Source: Oculina patagonica
Lineage: Eukaryota
Assembly: GCF_052425735.1 (NCBI RefSeq)
Contig: NC_135758.1
Coordinates: forward strand, 17,112,001 to 17,176,000
Direction: 5' to 3'
DNA: 64,000 nucleotides
A model generated the notes under the pieces. That model was given only the letters and a program-made list of their open reading frames with translations, was not told the DNA's origin and did not search any database. Shown here piece after piece: positions 14,018 through 27,262 of the stretch; the stretch's first letter is position 1; every line of letters starts with the position of its first letter. Position numbers and translations under genes: made by a program.

Positions 14018-14851
14018 CAGGGTTTTGGAAGAAGGATTATTTTCTCTAAGTAAAAGTTGTAAAATTGAGGTCAAGTGTCTTCAAGAATAATACAGCAAAA
14101 CATCTGGATAATTATGTTATTAATGGTCAATCTGCTGGTGTTTTCTTTGTTCTTCCAGGATGGAATACTGGATGTTGACTTGTGTGAGCCAAGTATTCCA
14201 AGAATGAGGAAAAAAATAATTCACCAGACCCAATATTCTTCTGGGTGAGTAAAAAGAGGTATATTATAAGAAATGACCTTTAGTATTCTTGACTTTATAG
14301 CTTATAATAATTTATTAGGGCCCCAATGGGTCCAAGTGTTTTGCCAGTCAAACATTAAACCATTGCCATAGTAACTGGCTACAACCCTTTTTTGTTTTTC
14401 TTTTGGTCACACAGGGTGGTCCTCACGCACATTACTACCTTATTTGAAACCCATTGTACATGCAAGTCAATATGCCATCATTCTGCCAAATAGGGACCTT
14501 TATTGCCTAAGTTGCATGTCATGAAACTCAAAATCATTTTACAAAATGAGAACGAATATGATGAAACAAAATATTCAGGTAAAATAAACTTGTGGGTATA
14601 TGCTTTATTCTGCATGTTTGCTAAGCATCATTTAATTTTTTATAAAAAATAACACTATTGTATGTAGCATGTTCATTCACATTTGCATTCCCATTCAGTT
14701 TCCCTTTTCACAATGAGTAACTGATTGTGTCACGTTCATGTCTTTTTGTGATCTTAACTTCTTCCCAACTTTATAACGGAACTCATGGTAACTAGCCAAT
14801 ATCTCTCCTTTCCATGATTCACTGTTTCTCATCTGCTTTTCAAGAGAAAAG

Positions 14852-15007
14852 GATGAAGTGAACAGCCTAAAATATATAAGATGCACTCTTCTGCTTAATT
14901 GATTAACAAACTTAAAAGACTCGAACATCATTGGGTTAGTTTTTGTGTCATTTGAAGTTTGTTAATCAATTAAGCAGAAGAGTGCATCTTAGGCTGTTCA
15001 CTTCATC
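14852..15007. repeat. Inverted repeat / hairpin (~53-bp arms)
   Basis: GATGAAGTGAACAGCCT...GATTAACAAACTT is mirrored at 14955-15007, with one bulge. Confidence 0.85.
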
Positions 15008-15569
15008 TGAGTCTTTTGTTTTTAGCTGAGAGGATTTAATAATGGCATTCTTGTTTTTCTGTGAAGTAGATTGTAGATTGAGGATTTAACAAAACAAAAA
15101 AAGAATTTGCAGAACTTTAACGTTGTTCCTTGCCAAGTAGCCAAATTACTAGCATGGGATGCTTAAGTACAAATTATTGGATAAAACAGCTGAAATTTAC
15201 ATGATTAATTTGCTGACAGAATAAATAGAGGAAAGAGTAAAACACATGAATTCAAATTGCTTTGGGAAATGATCCTTTTAAAAAGGCAGAATTTGAGTAA
15301 TTTTCACAGGTCATCACTTTGAGCTTGATTTGTTTTTGCAAAATATTAAGTCTTGATTTTTTACATTAGGCTACAAAATTCCCAGTCTTGCAGAAAAGAT
15401 AATTATCTTGATTTTACCATTCACCACTGACATTTAGTGACGACAATTATTTTTTATTTTTGTAGCAAGAATCATACCTCAGGCAGTTTCTATCAGATTT
15501 GCATAGGCATGATTGAATAACCTGATAATTGACGCTCCTCCAGGTATGTGGATAATTTGTACAATGTAA

Positions 15570-16159
15570 TTATTGAAGATGAAGTGTTCATCTTCATGCA
15601 TGCGACACAGCATGCGACACAGAAAAATTCTGAGTCCCTGACGGGAATCGAACCCATGGCCTCCCAGATACCGGTTGGGCGCTCCAACCAACTGAGCTAT
15701 GAGAGCCGACTCGTGAGCTGGGCCATTTTACTAGGTTGATAAGTGACACGCGTCCTGCATACTGCTAGGATCAGCAATGTCGAATTCATCAAGTTTGTAG
15801 TAAATAATAAAGATGGTAAATTTTAAGCTTGGTAATAAGTAATGAAGATGAAGTGTTCAACATGACTCGAGCATGGGACAAAGAAGAATTCTGAGTCCCT
15901 GTCGGGAATCAAACCCATGACCTCCCAGATTCTGGTTGGGCGCTCTAACCAACTGAGTTACGAGAGACTTCTCGTGAGCAGGGCCATTTTACTAGGTTGA
16001 TATGTAGTACTAGGTTGAGTCTCTCGTAGCTCAGATGGTTAGAGCGCCCAACCGGTATCAGGGAGGCCAAGGGGTTGGATTCCCGTCAGGGACTCAGAAT
16101 TTTTCTTTGTCCCATGCCTGAGTCATGTTTAACACTTCATTCATCTTCATTACTTATTA
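15570..16159. mobile_element. Three tRNA-derived SINE-like units (minus heads 15631-15705 and 15892-15966; plus head 16021-16096)
   Basis: A box TAGCTCAGTTGG and B box GGTTCGATTCC in a tRNA-like head, followed by a shared non-tRNA tail; anticodon arm not canonical. Confidence 0.8.
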
Positions 16160-16315
16160 CATTGTCTCTCGTAATCCAGTGTTGTAAGAGAATTATCAGA
16201 GTGAACACATGGCAATACTTGCCTGTGATTGACTATCATACCATAATTTTCTACTTATAAGCCCTTGCCTTGTACAGCCTCTTAACAGGTTTGGGATTGG
16301 CTAATTTCTGGTTAT

Positions 16316-16910
16316 GGGAGGTGTAGTGGCCTAATGGTTAGTGCACTGGACTCTGGACATTACAGGGTCTGATGCCCTGGCCAGGTCACTGTGTTGTGTT
16401 CTTGGGCAAGACACTTTAGTGCCTCTCTCCACCCAGGTGTACAAATGGGTACTGGCGAAATAATGCTGGGGGAAAACTGCGATAGACTAGCATCCTATCC
16501 AGAGGGAGGAGAAGTATTCCTAGCTGCTTAAGGTCGCAGGGGACACCTTAGGCCCCTCGTTATGCATTTATTTAAAGCGTATGCACGAAGTACAGCGACT
16601 GACATCGACAACTTTACGAGATATTTATGACTGGACAAAAATATGGGGGCGTGCTTGTGATTTGTAAACAATCCCTGTTTCTTTGATATTTTAACCAATT
16701 TAAAACAACCCTTAGGGATATACGTTCATATAGATTGTAGTTAGTCTTTGAGCTTTAAAAGTTTTCACTTAAATTTGAATATTTCTGCGTTTTGTTAAGC
16801 GTTTTAAAAGATGCAGGTCAAACAAAATTTCCCTAAATGAATTTCTTCACGCTATTAGTATCCCCCGTGACCTTAATGCAATTGAAACCGGAATAAGCTC
16901 CGGCAGTATA
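16316..16910 (+). mobile_element. tRNA-derived SINE with Nin/Deu-type conserved core, interrupted by a TTAA element
   Basis: Head GTGGCCTAATGGTTAGTGC; core TTCTTGGGCAAGACACTT...CTCTCCACCCAGGTGTACAAATGGGTAC; tail resumes at 16877. Confidence 0.75.
16532..16872. mobile_element. Kolobok-like non-autonomous element
   Basis: TTAA at 16528-16531 and 16873-16876; imperfect TIRs GGTCGCAGGGGA / TCCCCCGTGACC. Confidence 0.65.
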
Positions 16911-17914
16911 TTAGTATGTGCCAATGATTCAAGGTTGCCCTTTATTTCCAGGTGGGGCTTATATAAGCAGAATAATGAAGGTTTCCAAAATACATTTTGG
17001 TTAAATGGGAGAGGGGGGCTTATATCTGTGTTGTGGCTTATAAGCAGAGTTAAAAACGTTTTAAAAGTGAGCCATAACAATGTTGATCAAAATTCAGTAC
17101 ATAATTTTTTATTATCTGAATGTGAGTTAAGCTTTTAAATAGTCATAACCAAATCAAATTTATTTCAATATTTGGAGCAATATTGAGAGAGGGTCTTATA
17201 TTTTCTGTGTAGACAAAGATGATCTTTTTTTCGGTCAGATAATGATCGGTAATATTCCTTTTAATGTTTTTAGAAATTTTTAGTATTGTATTCTCTCATT
17301 TTAATTTAACTGGTTCTGGCAAGTGATTTATGAAAAAAATGCGCTGCAGTCCTTTGTTCTCAATCAATGTTTTCCTAGTGACCCCATTCAAGTAGCCGCT
17401 CTTATCTGAAAGTCAGTACATTTTAACAGTAATTCTCAGTTCAACCTAGGGATCTTTTGCTTGCAAATCTTTAGTATTTTTCAACTTTCTTTGCAGGTTC
17501 TATTTCACAGGGCTAGTTTAACAAAGTCCTAAAAGGAAGGCCAATGCATAACTCACCAACACTCAATGCAGCAAAGTACCATAATTAATGTTACAAATAA
17601 CAAGCAGTGAAGATCATGAAAGGACATTGATGTAGTCACGTTGGATATGCTGTGTTTAAAGTCCAGACAAGATTTCTTTTCTACTAACAAACAATATTGA
17701 GAAGATCAAGCGATCAACTTCTAATTTCTCCTTACATTGTTGGTCCACTGTCCATCAGTCAAGTGATGAGAACAAAGACAATCATCAACTGGAGAATACT
17801 GTCTTGATAAACCAGCAAATTCTCAAAACAAACATTAAAAGAAATGTATTGGGAATTAGTAAGAAGAATTGAAATGAAACGAAAGCATAACTAAACACCA
17901 TCTCGATCAGGAAC

Positions 17915-18716
17915 GATCTCAATTGCATTTACTTTCAACACACATTTACATAATACAATGATGAACAAAACAAAATCAGGTTCATCTATGACCTCTTCAG
18001 TTGGTTGCCATAATAGATTTGAATCTGGGATGACTTTATGTAATCATGCTTGAAAAGTTAATCTTGCTACCAGCTTCCAAATGACAACAGCTATATTAAA
18101 AAAAACATAAACAGTAATATAAACTATACACTGATAACAAAATATCATTATTAAATAATTTAAGAGAAGATGAACAATGAAATTACGTAACATTTCAATG
18201 ACCACATGCCAATTACACATTTACATTTGAAAATGTTTCAAATGACAATGTGCAGGGTTTAATGTTCATTGAAACATATATGTATTAATTTAAATTCTTT
18301 AGTTGTTATAAATAAATACTTTAAGATAAAGATGAGCAATAGAATTACATAAAATTTAATGACCCCATGCCGGCATGCACATTTACATTTGATATTTTAC
18401 AAATGACAATGTGCAGGGTGTTCATTGAAACCTTATGTAGTTCAATCGCTCCTCTTAATCTTTATGTATTTATTTTAAATCTTTAGCTGTTAAAAATAAT
18501 AACTTCATTAACAATAAATATAATTTAAAAATAGAAATAAAAACTTGGAACCTGCTATCAAGGTATTTTTCATGTGTGGTTACATGAAATCATCCCACTT
18601 TCAACTCTTACATGGCAACCAATTGAAGAGGTCACAGATTTAACTTGCTTTGCAATTTCTTATTATTATTTTCTTATGTGAAAGTGTGTTAAATTGAGGT
18701 ATTTGTCACTGAGATT
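17915..18716. mobile_element. Old foldback element: ~170-bp diverged inverted arms with internal ~160-bp tandem units
   Basis: GACCTCTTCAGTTGGTTGCC at ~17991 vs GGCAACCAATTGAAGAGGTC at ~18613; internal duplicate AAATGACAATGTGCAGGGT. Confidence 0.6.
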
Positions 18717-18752
18717 TGTACTAGGATGTTTACATAGCCAATAAATCTAGTA

Positions 18753-18911
18753 CAGTCAACTCTTGTAATAGCGGACACGCCCAGGGTATCGTTTATTGTC
18801 CTTTATAGCGAGAGTCTGTAATAGTGGGAGTCACTTCCAGTCAAACCTTTTTTCACCGGGGATCTGGATTTTGTCCGTAATAGCGAGTGTCCACAAGGCG
18901 AGAGTTGACTG
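18753..18911. mobile_element. pogo-type MITE
   Basis: TA|CAGTCAACTCT...AGAGTTGACTG|TA. Confidence 0.85.
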
Positions 18912-19717
18912 TACCAGTAACCTTTATTTGGGAAGCTAGCTCGGAAACTATAACAGTAAAGAGTTATGAATCAAATGGGAATAAATGTAAGTTGTACCTA
19001 GCCCGTCTGAATTGCATTCTAAGCCGGAGAAGCTGGGAGAAGGGCATGGAAATATAAAGACTAATGCCAAGAGAAGAGTCTCTAAAGCTCCCCACATCAA
19101 TCCACTATCAATCAACCCCCCCCCCTCCCCATTAGAAAAAATGTTCCGCAGTCCCTGGTGATTAGTAGGATTGCAAAAAAAGGTAACGAGTTACCACTTG
19201 AAAGGATGGAGTTGGAGTGGAAAAGTTAAGGACTGGGGGGGGGGGGGGGTGGTAGACTTGCTTACAAGTCGAGCTCACAGGGTCTACTACCACCAAACCG
19301 GAAACGAGAAGCGAACGACTTTTAGAAAGTCTAAGGACGGCTAATAACGAACAGGAGTCCCGTTCTCTTGTGTAAGGATCAATGACCACTCAATAGTCTA
19401 GTTTCGAATTATGCTCCACTGATCACAAACAAACGAATAAATAAAGTCGAGGTTGTGAAATGATTTGAATTTCTCTTTTGTTTTATTCTTCAGGACCTCA
19501 GCTACACTCCTTTTTCCTTCCCCTTTCCCTCCCCCTCACTGTGTTTTCAGCCTCACTCCTACTACTCCTGAGTAAGGATCCAAGATGGCGCCCAATCAAA
19601 ATGCATTCGAATATTCTCGCTAATTTGATCATGCTCCATTTCATAATTATTATTTCTTAAATATTTTGACTAAATTTCAATATTTAAAATTTATTTAAAT
19701 ATAATTAAAACAGACTA

Positions 19718-20059
19718 CAGTAAAATTCCGGTTATAAGTCCCCCTGCTTATAAGCCCCTCCGGTTATAGGCCCAATAATTCTACCTGGAAACAAAAATAC
19801 ATCCGATTATAAGCCCCCCCCCCCCCGGATATAAGCCCACCTCTGCTGGATGAATACTGAACAGGACTAAATGTTGCTTTATTATGCGTTTTTAACTTAA
19901 AAGCATATTTCCATTCAACACTCGTGTTTCTCATTTCGAAACGATTTTTTTATTCCGCTTATAAGCCCTCCTGGATATATTAGCCCCTCCACTTATAAGC
20001 CCACTCAAATCCCCTTACGAAGTTGTATAAGCCCAGGGCTTATAACCGGAATTTTACGG
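19718..20059. mobile_element. Tc1/mariner-type MITE
   Basis: TA|CAGTAAAATTCCGGTTATAAG...CTTATAACCGGAATTTTACGG|TA; TATAAGCCC internal repeats. Confidence 0.88.
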
Positions 20060-20950
20060 TATTTTGTTTGTCAGTGTTGGCTAAGTTAGACGAAATAAAA
20101 AAAGCGGTGAGTTTGAGCAGAAACAGATTTCAAAATGGCGAATTATTTATTGTCAGTGACATTGATGAAAGCTAATAAACCAGGCGGGGGGGGGGGGGGG
20201 AAGACACGAGGTCTGGGACCGAGTAGCGATGCTCTCACAACTTGCAAAGCGATCAATTCACGATGTAGTCAGTGGTTTTTGGACGATGATGCAACAGGCA
20301 ATCTTTTCCCGCGAAATGGAAGCTGCTATGCCGTGGAATCACTTATTATAAAGGGGTTCAATTCTCTTAACTAAAAATCTAAAAGCAGTGTATTTATCCG
20401 AAAATTTCATCATCGTTGTGTAGTTTTAAGAACGCAGAATTTTGTGATGCCATGCTACTTTTCAGTGCTGAAATGTAATTGTTTGTACCACAATTTTCAA
20501 CTGGCCCACATGGGGATTGTAAATGAAGTAAAACAAAGAAAGACCAAGTCAACAAACAACCTCGAAATAATAGAGCTCAGCACGTACAATAGCTCCGACG
20601 GGCGCGGGAATATTCGATCGCCACGTTTTCATTACCATTTCCGTGATGGTTTTATTTCATAACAAACACCACCGGAGAAATTTTCGCTGCTTTAAAGACA
20701 AAACTTAGAAAGTCTTTTTTATTACTATATATATAAAAAAATCGAACTCTCTCGCTGGTCCCATGTTGTTATTGTATAGGCAAGTTCACAAAGAAAGGAG
20801 CTGCTCATGCGCCTTAGAGACATCCGCTGACTACCGCCCCGATGATTGCTTTGCAAGTTGTGAGAGCATCGCTCAGATTTTATATAAGAGAATGTATGGG
20901 AAGTTTCTTTCCCCCCCCCCCCCCTGTAATAAACAGACTGTTTATATTTA

Positions 20951-22960
20951 GGGGAATACAGGAGAATACAAGGGAATACAGGAGAATACAGGGGAATACA
21001 TGTCAGAATACAGGGAATACAAAAGAATACAGGGGAATACAGGAGGAATACAGGGGAATACAGAAGAATACAGGGGAATACAGGAGAATACAGGGGAATA
21101 CAGAAGAATACAGAAGAATACAGGGGAATACAGAAGAATACAGGGGAATACAGGAGAATACAGGGGAATACAGGGAGATACAAGAGAATACAGGGGAATA
21201 GACCCTATGCAAAAATGGTTGTTATTCATTTCCATTGTTTGGTCAAGTTTCTTAAAACGCTGTTGGTGGCACTTAAATATATATAAAATATTATGCTATT
21301 CTGAGAAGTTTCAGTGTTTTGGGTTAAATGGCAGCAAAGTTATGACTCATTCAAATTTAAGAGATTTGTATGGAAAAAGTCACCCTGGCCTGCCTAGCCT
21401 TGTTTTCATGTTTTTGGCAATATAAATGTCCCTGTTACTTCCCATTAGTTTAAAGTATAGCCTTTAAACTTCATACGCTGATTTACTTTGACTTTATCTT
21501 TAAGTTTGAGTAATTTAATTTTGGTTGACAAATGATTCTTCTGGGAGCTGAAAATTAACAGCCACCATATTTGCATAGAGTCTATACAAGAGAATACAGG
21601 GGAATACAGGGGAATACAGAAGAATACAGGGGAATACAGGAGAATACAGAAGAATACAGGGAGATACAGGGGAATACAGAAGAATACAGGGGAATATAAG
21701 AGAATACAGGGGAATAGAGGGGTATAGAGGAGAAATTACAGGAGAATACAAGGAAATACAGGGGAATACAGGGAATACAGGAGAATGCAAGGGAATACAG
21801 GGAAATACAAAGATATACAGGGGAATACAGGAGAATACATGGGAATGCATAAGAATACATGAGAATTAATATATGAATGGGAATTAATACATGAGAATAC
21901 AGGGGAATACAAGAGAATACAGGGAAATACAGGGGAATACATACTAGTTATGCAACTACTCATCACTCTGGAGATTATACAGGGGAATACAGGAGCTGAT
22001 TACAGGGGAATACATGAGAATACAGGAGATTACAGGAGAATACAATTGGGAATACACGAGAATACAGGAGATTACAGGAGAATACAGGAGAATACAATTG
22101 GGAATACACGAGAATACAGGAGATTACAGGAGAATACAAGGGAATCAGGAGAATACATGAGAGTACAGGGAAATACATGAGAATACAGGGGAATGCAGGA
22201 GAATACAGGGGAATGCAGGAGATTACAGGGGAATACATGAGAATACAGGGGAATACATGAGAATACAGGGGAATACAGGGGAATACATGAAAATACAGGG
22301 GAATGCAGGAGATTACAGGGGAATGCAGGAGAATACAGGGGAATACATGAGAGTACAGGGGAATACATGAGAATACAGGGGAATACATGAAAATACAGGG
22401 GAATACAGGAGATTACAGGGGAATGCAGGAGAGTACAGTGGAATACATGAGAATACAGGGGAATCAGGAGCCCATGGGCTCCTGAGGGGAATACATTAGA
22501 ATACAGGGGAATACATGAGAATAAAGGGGGAATACAGGAGAATACAGGCCGAATACATGAGAATACAGGGGAATACATGAGAATACAGAGGAATACAGGA
22601 GATTACAGGGGAATGCAGGAGAATACAGGGGAATACATGAGAATACAGGGGATACAGGAGAAAAGGGAATGAAAGAATAATGAGAATTAATATATGAAGG
22701 GAATTAATACATGAGAATACAGAGGTACACGAGAGAGAGCTACATGAGAATACAGGGGAATACATGAGAATACAGAGGAATACAGGAGATTACAGGGGAA
22801 TGCAGGAGAATACAGGGGAATACATGAGAATACAGGGGAATACAGGAGAATACATGGGAATGCATAAGAATACATGAGAATTAATATATGAATGGGAATT
22901 AATACATGAGAATACAGAGGTACACGAGAGAGAGCTACATGAGAATACAGGGGAATACAT
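20951..22960 (+). repeat. 10-bp satellite (GAATACAGGG / GAATACAGGA / GAATACATGA)
   Basis: Long run of tandem GAATACA-core decamers; source of the YSPVF/GIQEN pseudo-ORFs; resumes at 30550-30668. Confidence 0.97.
21200..21583. mobile_element. MITE with AT TSD (ISL2EU-like) inserted in the satellite
   Basis: TIR AGACCCTATGCAAAAATGGT / ACCATATTTGCATAGAGTCT; removing it plus one AT restores a GGGGAATACAAG satellite unit. Confidence 0.85.
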
Positions 22961-24053
22961 ACTAGTTATGCAACGCTTTTGAGTGGTATACTATGGAATA
23001 TCCCACGAGTCACTTGTATTTTCTCGGTATACACACGAGCCTTTAGGCGAGTGTGTATACGAAGAAAATACAAGTGACAAGTGGGATATTCCATAGTATA
23101 CCACGAGAAAGTGTTGTGTAACTATTTTATACCATGCCATAGAAAATACGCTTACTAAATTTCATCGAGAATAAGATCGCAGCGCACGATGGGAAGGTTG
23201 GGTTGAATACCGTCGATTAATATACAATCTTCGTTCACTGTCCAAAATCCACGCGCGCAATTGGTTAAAATAGATCACGTGATTTTGCTTTACCTGTCGT
23301 CAGCAAACTCAGACAGTGCAGTATTGACAATAATGCACGAAAATCGTGCATTATTGAAGGTGTCTTCAGCTTCAAAGCTTGTAGAAGTGGAAGAAAAGTA
23401 TATTCCTCAAATTATCAACGATCCAATACCAAACAAAATCGAAGAGGATAACAACTTGAAGCGCTTTCATGTTCAAAGGTAAACTGCAGCTCAATAAATA
23501 CATTTTTGTGTGCGATTGACTTGCTTGTAGTTGCTTGATTGTGAAAGCCATCGACTTGCATTGAACAAGCTTCTCGCTGACTGTATTTATGAACGACCAC
23601 AGCTGATGAACGATTTTATGAACCATTTTAAGTTTTATTTCTGTACGGCTAATTTGTGATTTTTATATTATTGATGTAATCCCGTGTAATTATGTACTAC
23701 TACACTTCTTATTTTTTCGACTATTTTGCTTGTTTACAAGCAAATAGGAGATTAGGAGTGATGTGGGCAAAATTTGGAACATTCTTGTCTACTCTCAAGG
23801 GACTTTTTTAATTTCTCAAGGGACTGTTTTAATTTCTCAAGGGAGTTCTTTCCGCTTAGTGGGCGATGAAAGGGTCTCTTATTATTATTGCGTCAACACT
23901 TTCGATCTCGTGTTAAAGACGTGACTTGTCACATATTCCGGTGTAGGTGATGAAAGGGTTTGTCATTAGTATTGCGTCAACACTTGCGGGTTCAAATTGC
24001 GGCCTCGTGAAAAAGCATTAAAAACGCTAACAAAATTACAGAATTCAGACTAC

Positions 24054-24731
24054 TACAGAGAACCTTGAAAGAAACTTTGTTTAGAATTTATTTTTAGTTT
24101 GGATGAAGTCAAGAAATGTGTTGACAAGGGGCAGAGTATCGAAATTTTTCGCACCGTGCTGTACTGCACGGCAGAAATAATTATCCACATGTTCATGTTG
24201 AAAGCGAAGTTTTAATTTGAGCAGCCGGCTTTTGAAGTCAATTGTACACTAAATGGATTTACCGATCGTTCAAAAAATTACAGAGAACCTTGAAAGAAAC
24301 TTTGTTTAGAATTTATTTTTAGTTCGGATGAAGTCAAGAAATGTGTTGACAAGCGGCAGAGTATCGAAATTTTTCGCACCGTGCTGTACTGCACGGCAGA
24401 AATAATTATCCACATGTTCATGTTGAAAGCGAAGTTTTAATTTGAGCAGCCGGCTTTTGAAGTCAATTGTACACTAAATGGATTTACCGATCGTTCAAAA
24501 AATTACAGAGAACCTTGAAAGAAACTTTGTTTAGAATTTATTTTTAGTTTGTATGAAGTCAAGAAATGTGTTGACAAGCGGCAGAGTATCGAAATTTTTC
24601 GCACCGTGCTGTACTGCACGGCAGAAATAATTATCCACATGTTCATGTTGAAAGCGAAGTTTTAATTTGAGCAGCCGGCTTTTGAAGTCAATTGTACACT
24701 AAATGGATTTACCGATCGTTCAAAAAATTAC
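24054..24731 (+). repeat. 225-bp tandem repeat, 3 near-identical copies; partial further copy from ~25258
   Basis: TACAGAGAACCTTGAAAG starts at 24054, 24279 and 24504. Confidence 0.95.
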
Positions 24732-27262
24732 ATCCAAGTTCAAAGCAATAACAGTACATTACCATTTCGTTCTCAAAAGACTTGAGAAGCCGCAATTGGT
24801 CCTTGTTTAACTCCGTGATTTGAATTCAAAACGCATTTGTAAGCACTATTACACCATATCTTCGCGGCGGTGAAAGGAAAGATAAATCCTTCATCAACAA
24901 GGTTTCAGCACTCTGTACTCCATGGTTTTCCGTTTTAAGGCCACTTTAAAATTCTATAGTGTTTCTCCTTTCCGTTTTAAGTCCCAAATATGTTTTTTTT
25001 TCTTGTTCAGAATCAAAACAAGGCCTTGGAAGTTTGTAAATACGATTTCCTTGTACGATTTCAATGCACGGAATAATACGAAAAACCTTCTTCTAGGACC
25101 CCAAGAGTTCTCTAAAAATATGCGCAGAAAACAGATTTTGATTGGTTTATTTGCCGTTATTATCTATAGAACAATAGAAGAACCAAAAAAACTCCAGCGA
25201 GGGTGGGAAAGGGCATATCCGCTGTAGGTGATGAAAGGGTCTCTCATCAGTATTGCTTCAAAATTATCCACATGTTCATGTTGAAAGCGAAGTTTTAATT
25301 TTAGCAGCCAGCTTGAAGTCAATTGTACACTAAATGGATTTATCGATCGTTCAAAAAATTACATCCAAGTTCAAAGCAATAACAGTACATTACCATTTCG
25401 TTTTTAAAAGATTTGAATTCAAAACGCATTTGTAAGCACCATTACAGCATGGCGGCGGTGGAAGGAAAGATAAATTAATCCTTCATCAACAATGTTTTAG
25501 CACTCTGTAGTCCATGGTTTTCCGTTTTAAGGCCACTTTAAAATTCTATATTTCTCCTTATCGTTTTAAGTCCCAAAGATGGTATTTTTCTTGTTGGTTT
25601 TCAAAGTCTGGTGAGACCGGCACAAGCAATTTGGGGGTGGTTTCCAATGTTTGGGTCAACATAACACTGGGGAGCTGGTGTTAAAGACGTGACTTGTCAC
25701 ATATGCTGTAGGTGATGAAAGGGGCTCTCATTAGTATTGCGTAAACACTTTCGGGTTCAAATTGCGGCGTTATGGATTGAAGATAACTGTAATTTTTGCA
25801 TACGCAAGCCAAATTGGTCATAAACTGTCTGAAAACATTTTGTTCTTTGTATTAAAAGGAAAGTTCTTGGAGAGTGCGTTTTATCCATTAGTACAAAGTT
25901 ATCAGTACAAAGATACGCACGTTAATGCTTTAGTTTGGCAAGAGTGAAGTTAATGAAATAACATAAACGGATACAAATTCCAGTGGTTTTTAACTGTTGC
26001 GGAGTGGAGTGGTTTTCAACGGTTTACGAAGTTTAAAGGAGCAATAGAGCTCTATCTACTGCTCAATAAATTTGTTTTCAATAGCACTGAACTTGACAGT
26101 TGTCATAAACTTTTCTTCACCGTTGGAAGAATTCACTCTGGAAAAGAGACAGATGTTCAGTGGAGCAAGAGAGTTACCTTGAGTGCTAGTGTCATGTGGT
26201 ACAGATGTTTTTTCGATAAAGTTATCGCTACATGGTTTCGCTTTTAGTCTTTGAAGTATTTCCGCACTGCGGTTGGTAAGCGAGTGGGGAAACATCAACG
26301 CAGTTGCAGTATCTGGCAATTCTCATTTATGCTCGTGATTTTTGCCATCAGTAACTGGTTAACTCATTTGCCATCGTTTGCCAAAACGTACAATTTTTAA
26401 AGTGCTACGCTTTTCCTTCTTTTTTTTCTCTCACTTCTGTTATGTTCAATTTTTTTTAACACGTGTTTTCTTTTGTTCTGCCGTGTTTATTTATAGCCGT
26501 TTACGCTATTCCGTTGTCTTAGTTGTTATCAATGCTGACACACCCCTTGACACACCAGTTGAGATAAAATTCTCCCGTTATATGCTAAGCTGCGCTAAAG
26601 AAGTTTTTTTTTTCTTTTTAGAGAGATAAGCTACCACTTTATTCCAATTCTACGGTATGATACATTCTATGAATTTTTGGTATGGCAGTTTTAGTATTTA
26701 ATCCTGAATTTCCTACTGTGCGATTAAGTAAGTCGCTAACAGGCTCGTTAGTATGTTTTCGTGAGCGATGCTTTTGAATTTACACAATGGACGCACAGCA
26801 AGATAAAACGAATTTCCGGTAATTGTTTGAGTACATAGGTGGTGGAAAACACGGATCCTGCTTCCCAAAATCCGTAACCGGGTTTACATTACGTTTTTGA
26901 CGTAGGGTGTAAGCAAGCCCGACAGTTTATAAATTTCAGTTAGAAACTAAACAGATGAAGTCTTCTTTTTAAGTTATCACCCAAAATTTTATTCTTTCTT
27001 ATAATTTGTAACAGATTTTTGGTCTAATTAGACCGTAAATCGCCAAAATTATTTTAATTCGCGTTACTTCCGTTCTCCTCCAAATTTGGTATACAGGAAG
27101 TGAATTTTATCCGCCAATTACCTAGTGATTCCGGCCAAGAAACTTTAATGTGCCTTACATGACGATTTTTGCAGAAGTTATTCCTTCAGCAATATGGCGG
27201 TCTCGGTCTAACGAGCTTTAATAGGGTTTAAAAGCTCGTTAAGATGGTCTTTGAGAAGGAAT

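Larger units (their letters stand above)
11271..17600 (+). ncRNA. Putative spliced lncRNA or 5'UTR exons (11271-11347, 14159-14244, 15466-15543, acceptor before 17497); 3' end unknown
   Basis: Pyrimidine-tract/YAG acceptors paired with GTAAGG, GTGAGT and GTATGT donors; no recognisable protein. Confidence 0.4.

Noticed and set aside
15631-16096. Genuine tRNA genes
   Set aside because: Irregular anticodon arm, copies diverge in stems and share a non-tRNA tail; SINE-like.
20725-22875. YSPVF/GIQENTGE repeat ORFs
   Set aside because: Translations of a 10-bp satellite in several frames on both strands.
24100-24580. Hammerhead in the 225-bp repeat (GGATGA-GTCAA..TTGAC)
   Set aside because: Lacks both the CUGA and GAAA core boxes.
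23943-25800. C/D-box snoRNA cluster (GTGATGA in the repeated motif)
   Set aside because: No consistently placed CTGA D box or terminal stem.
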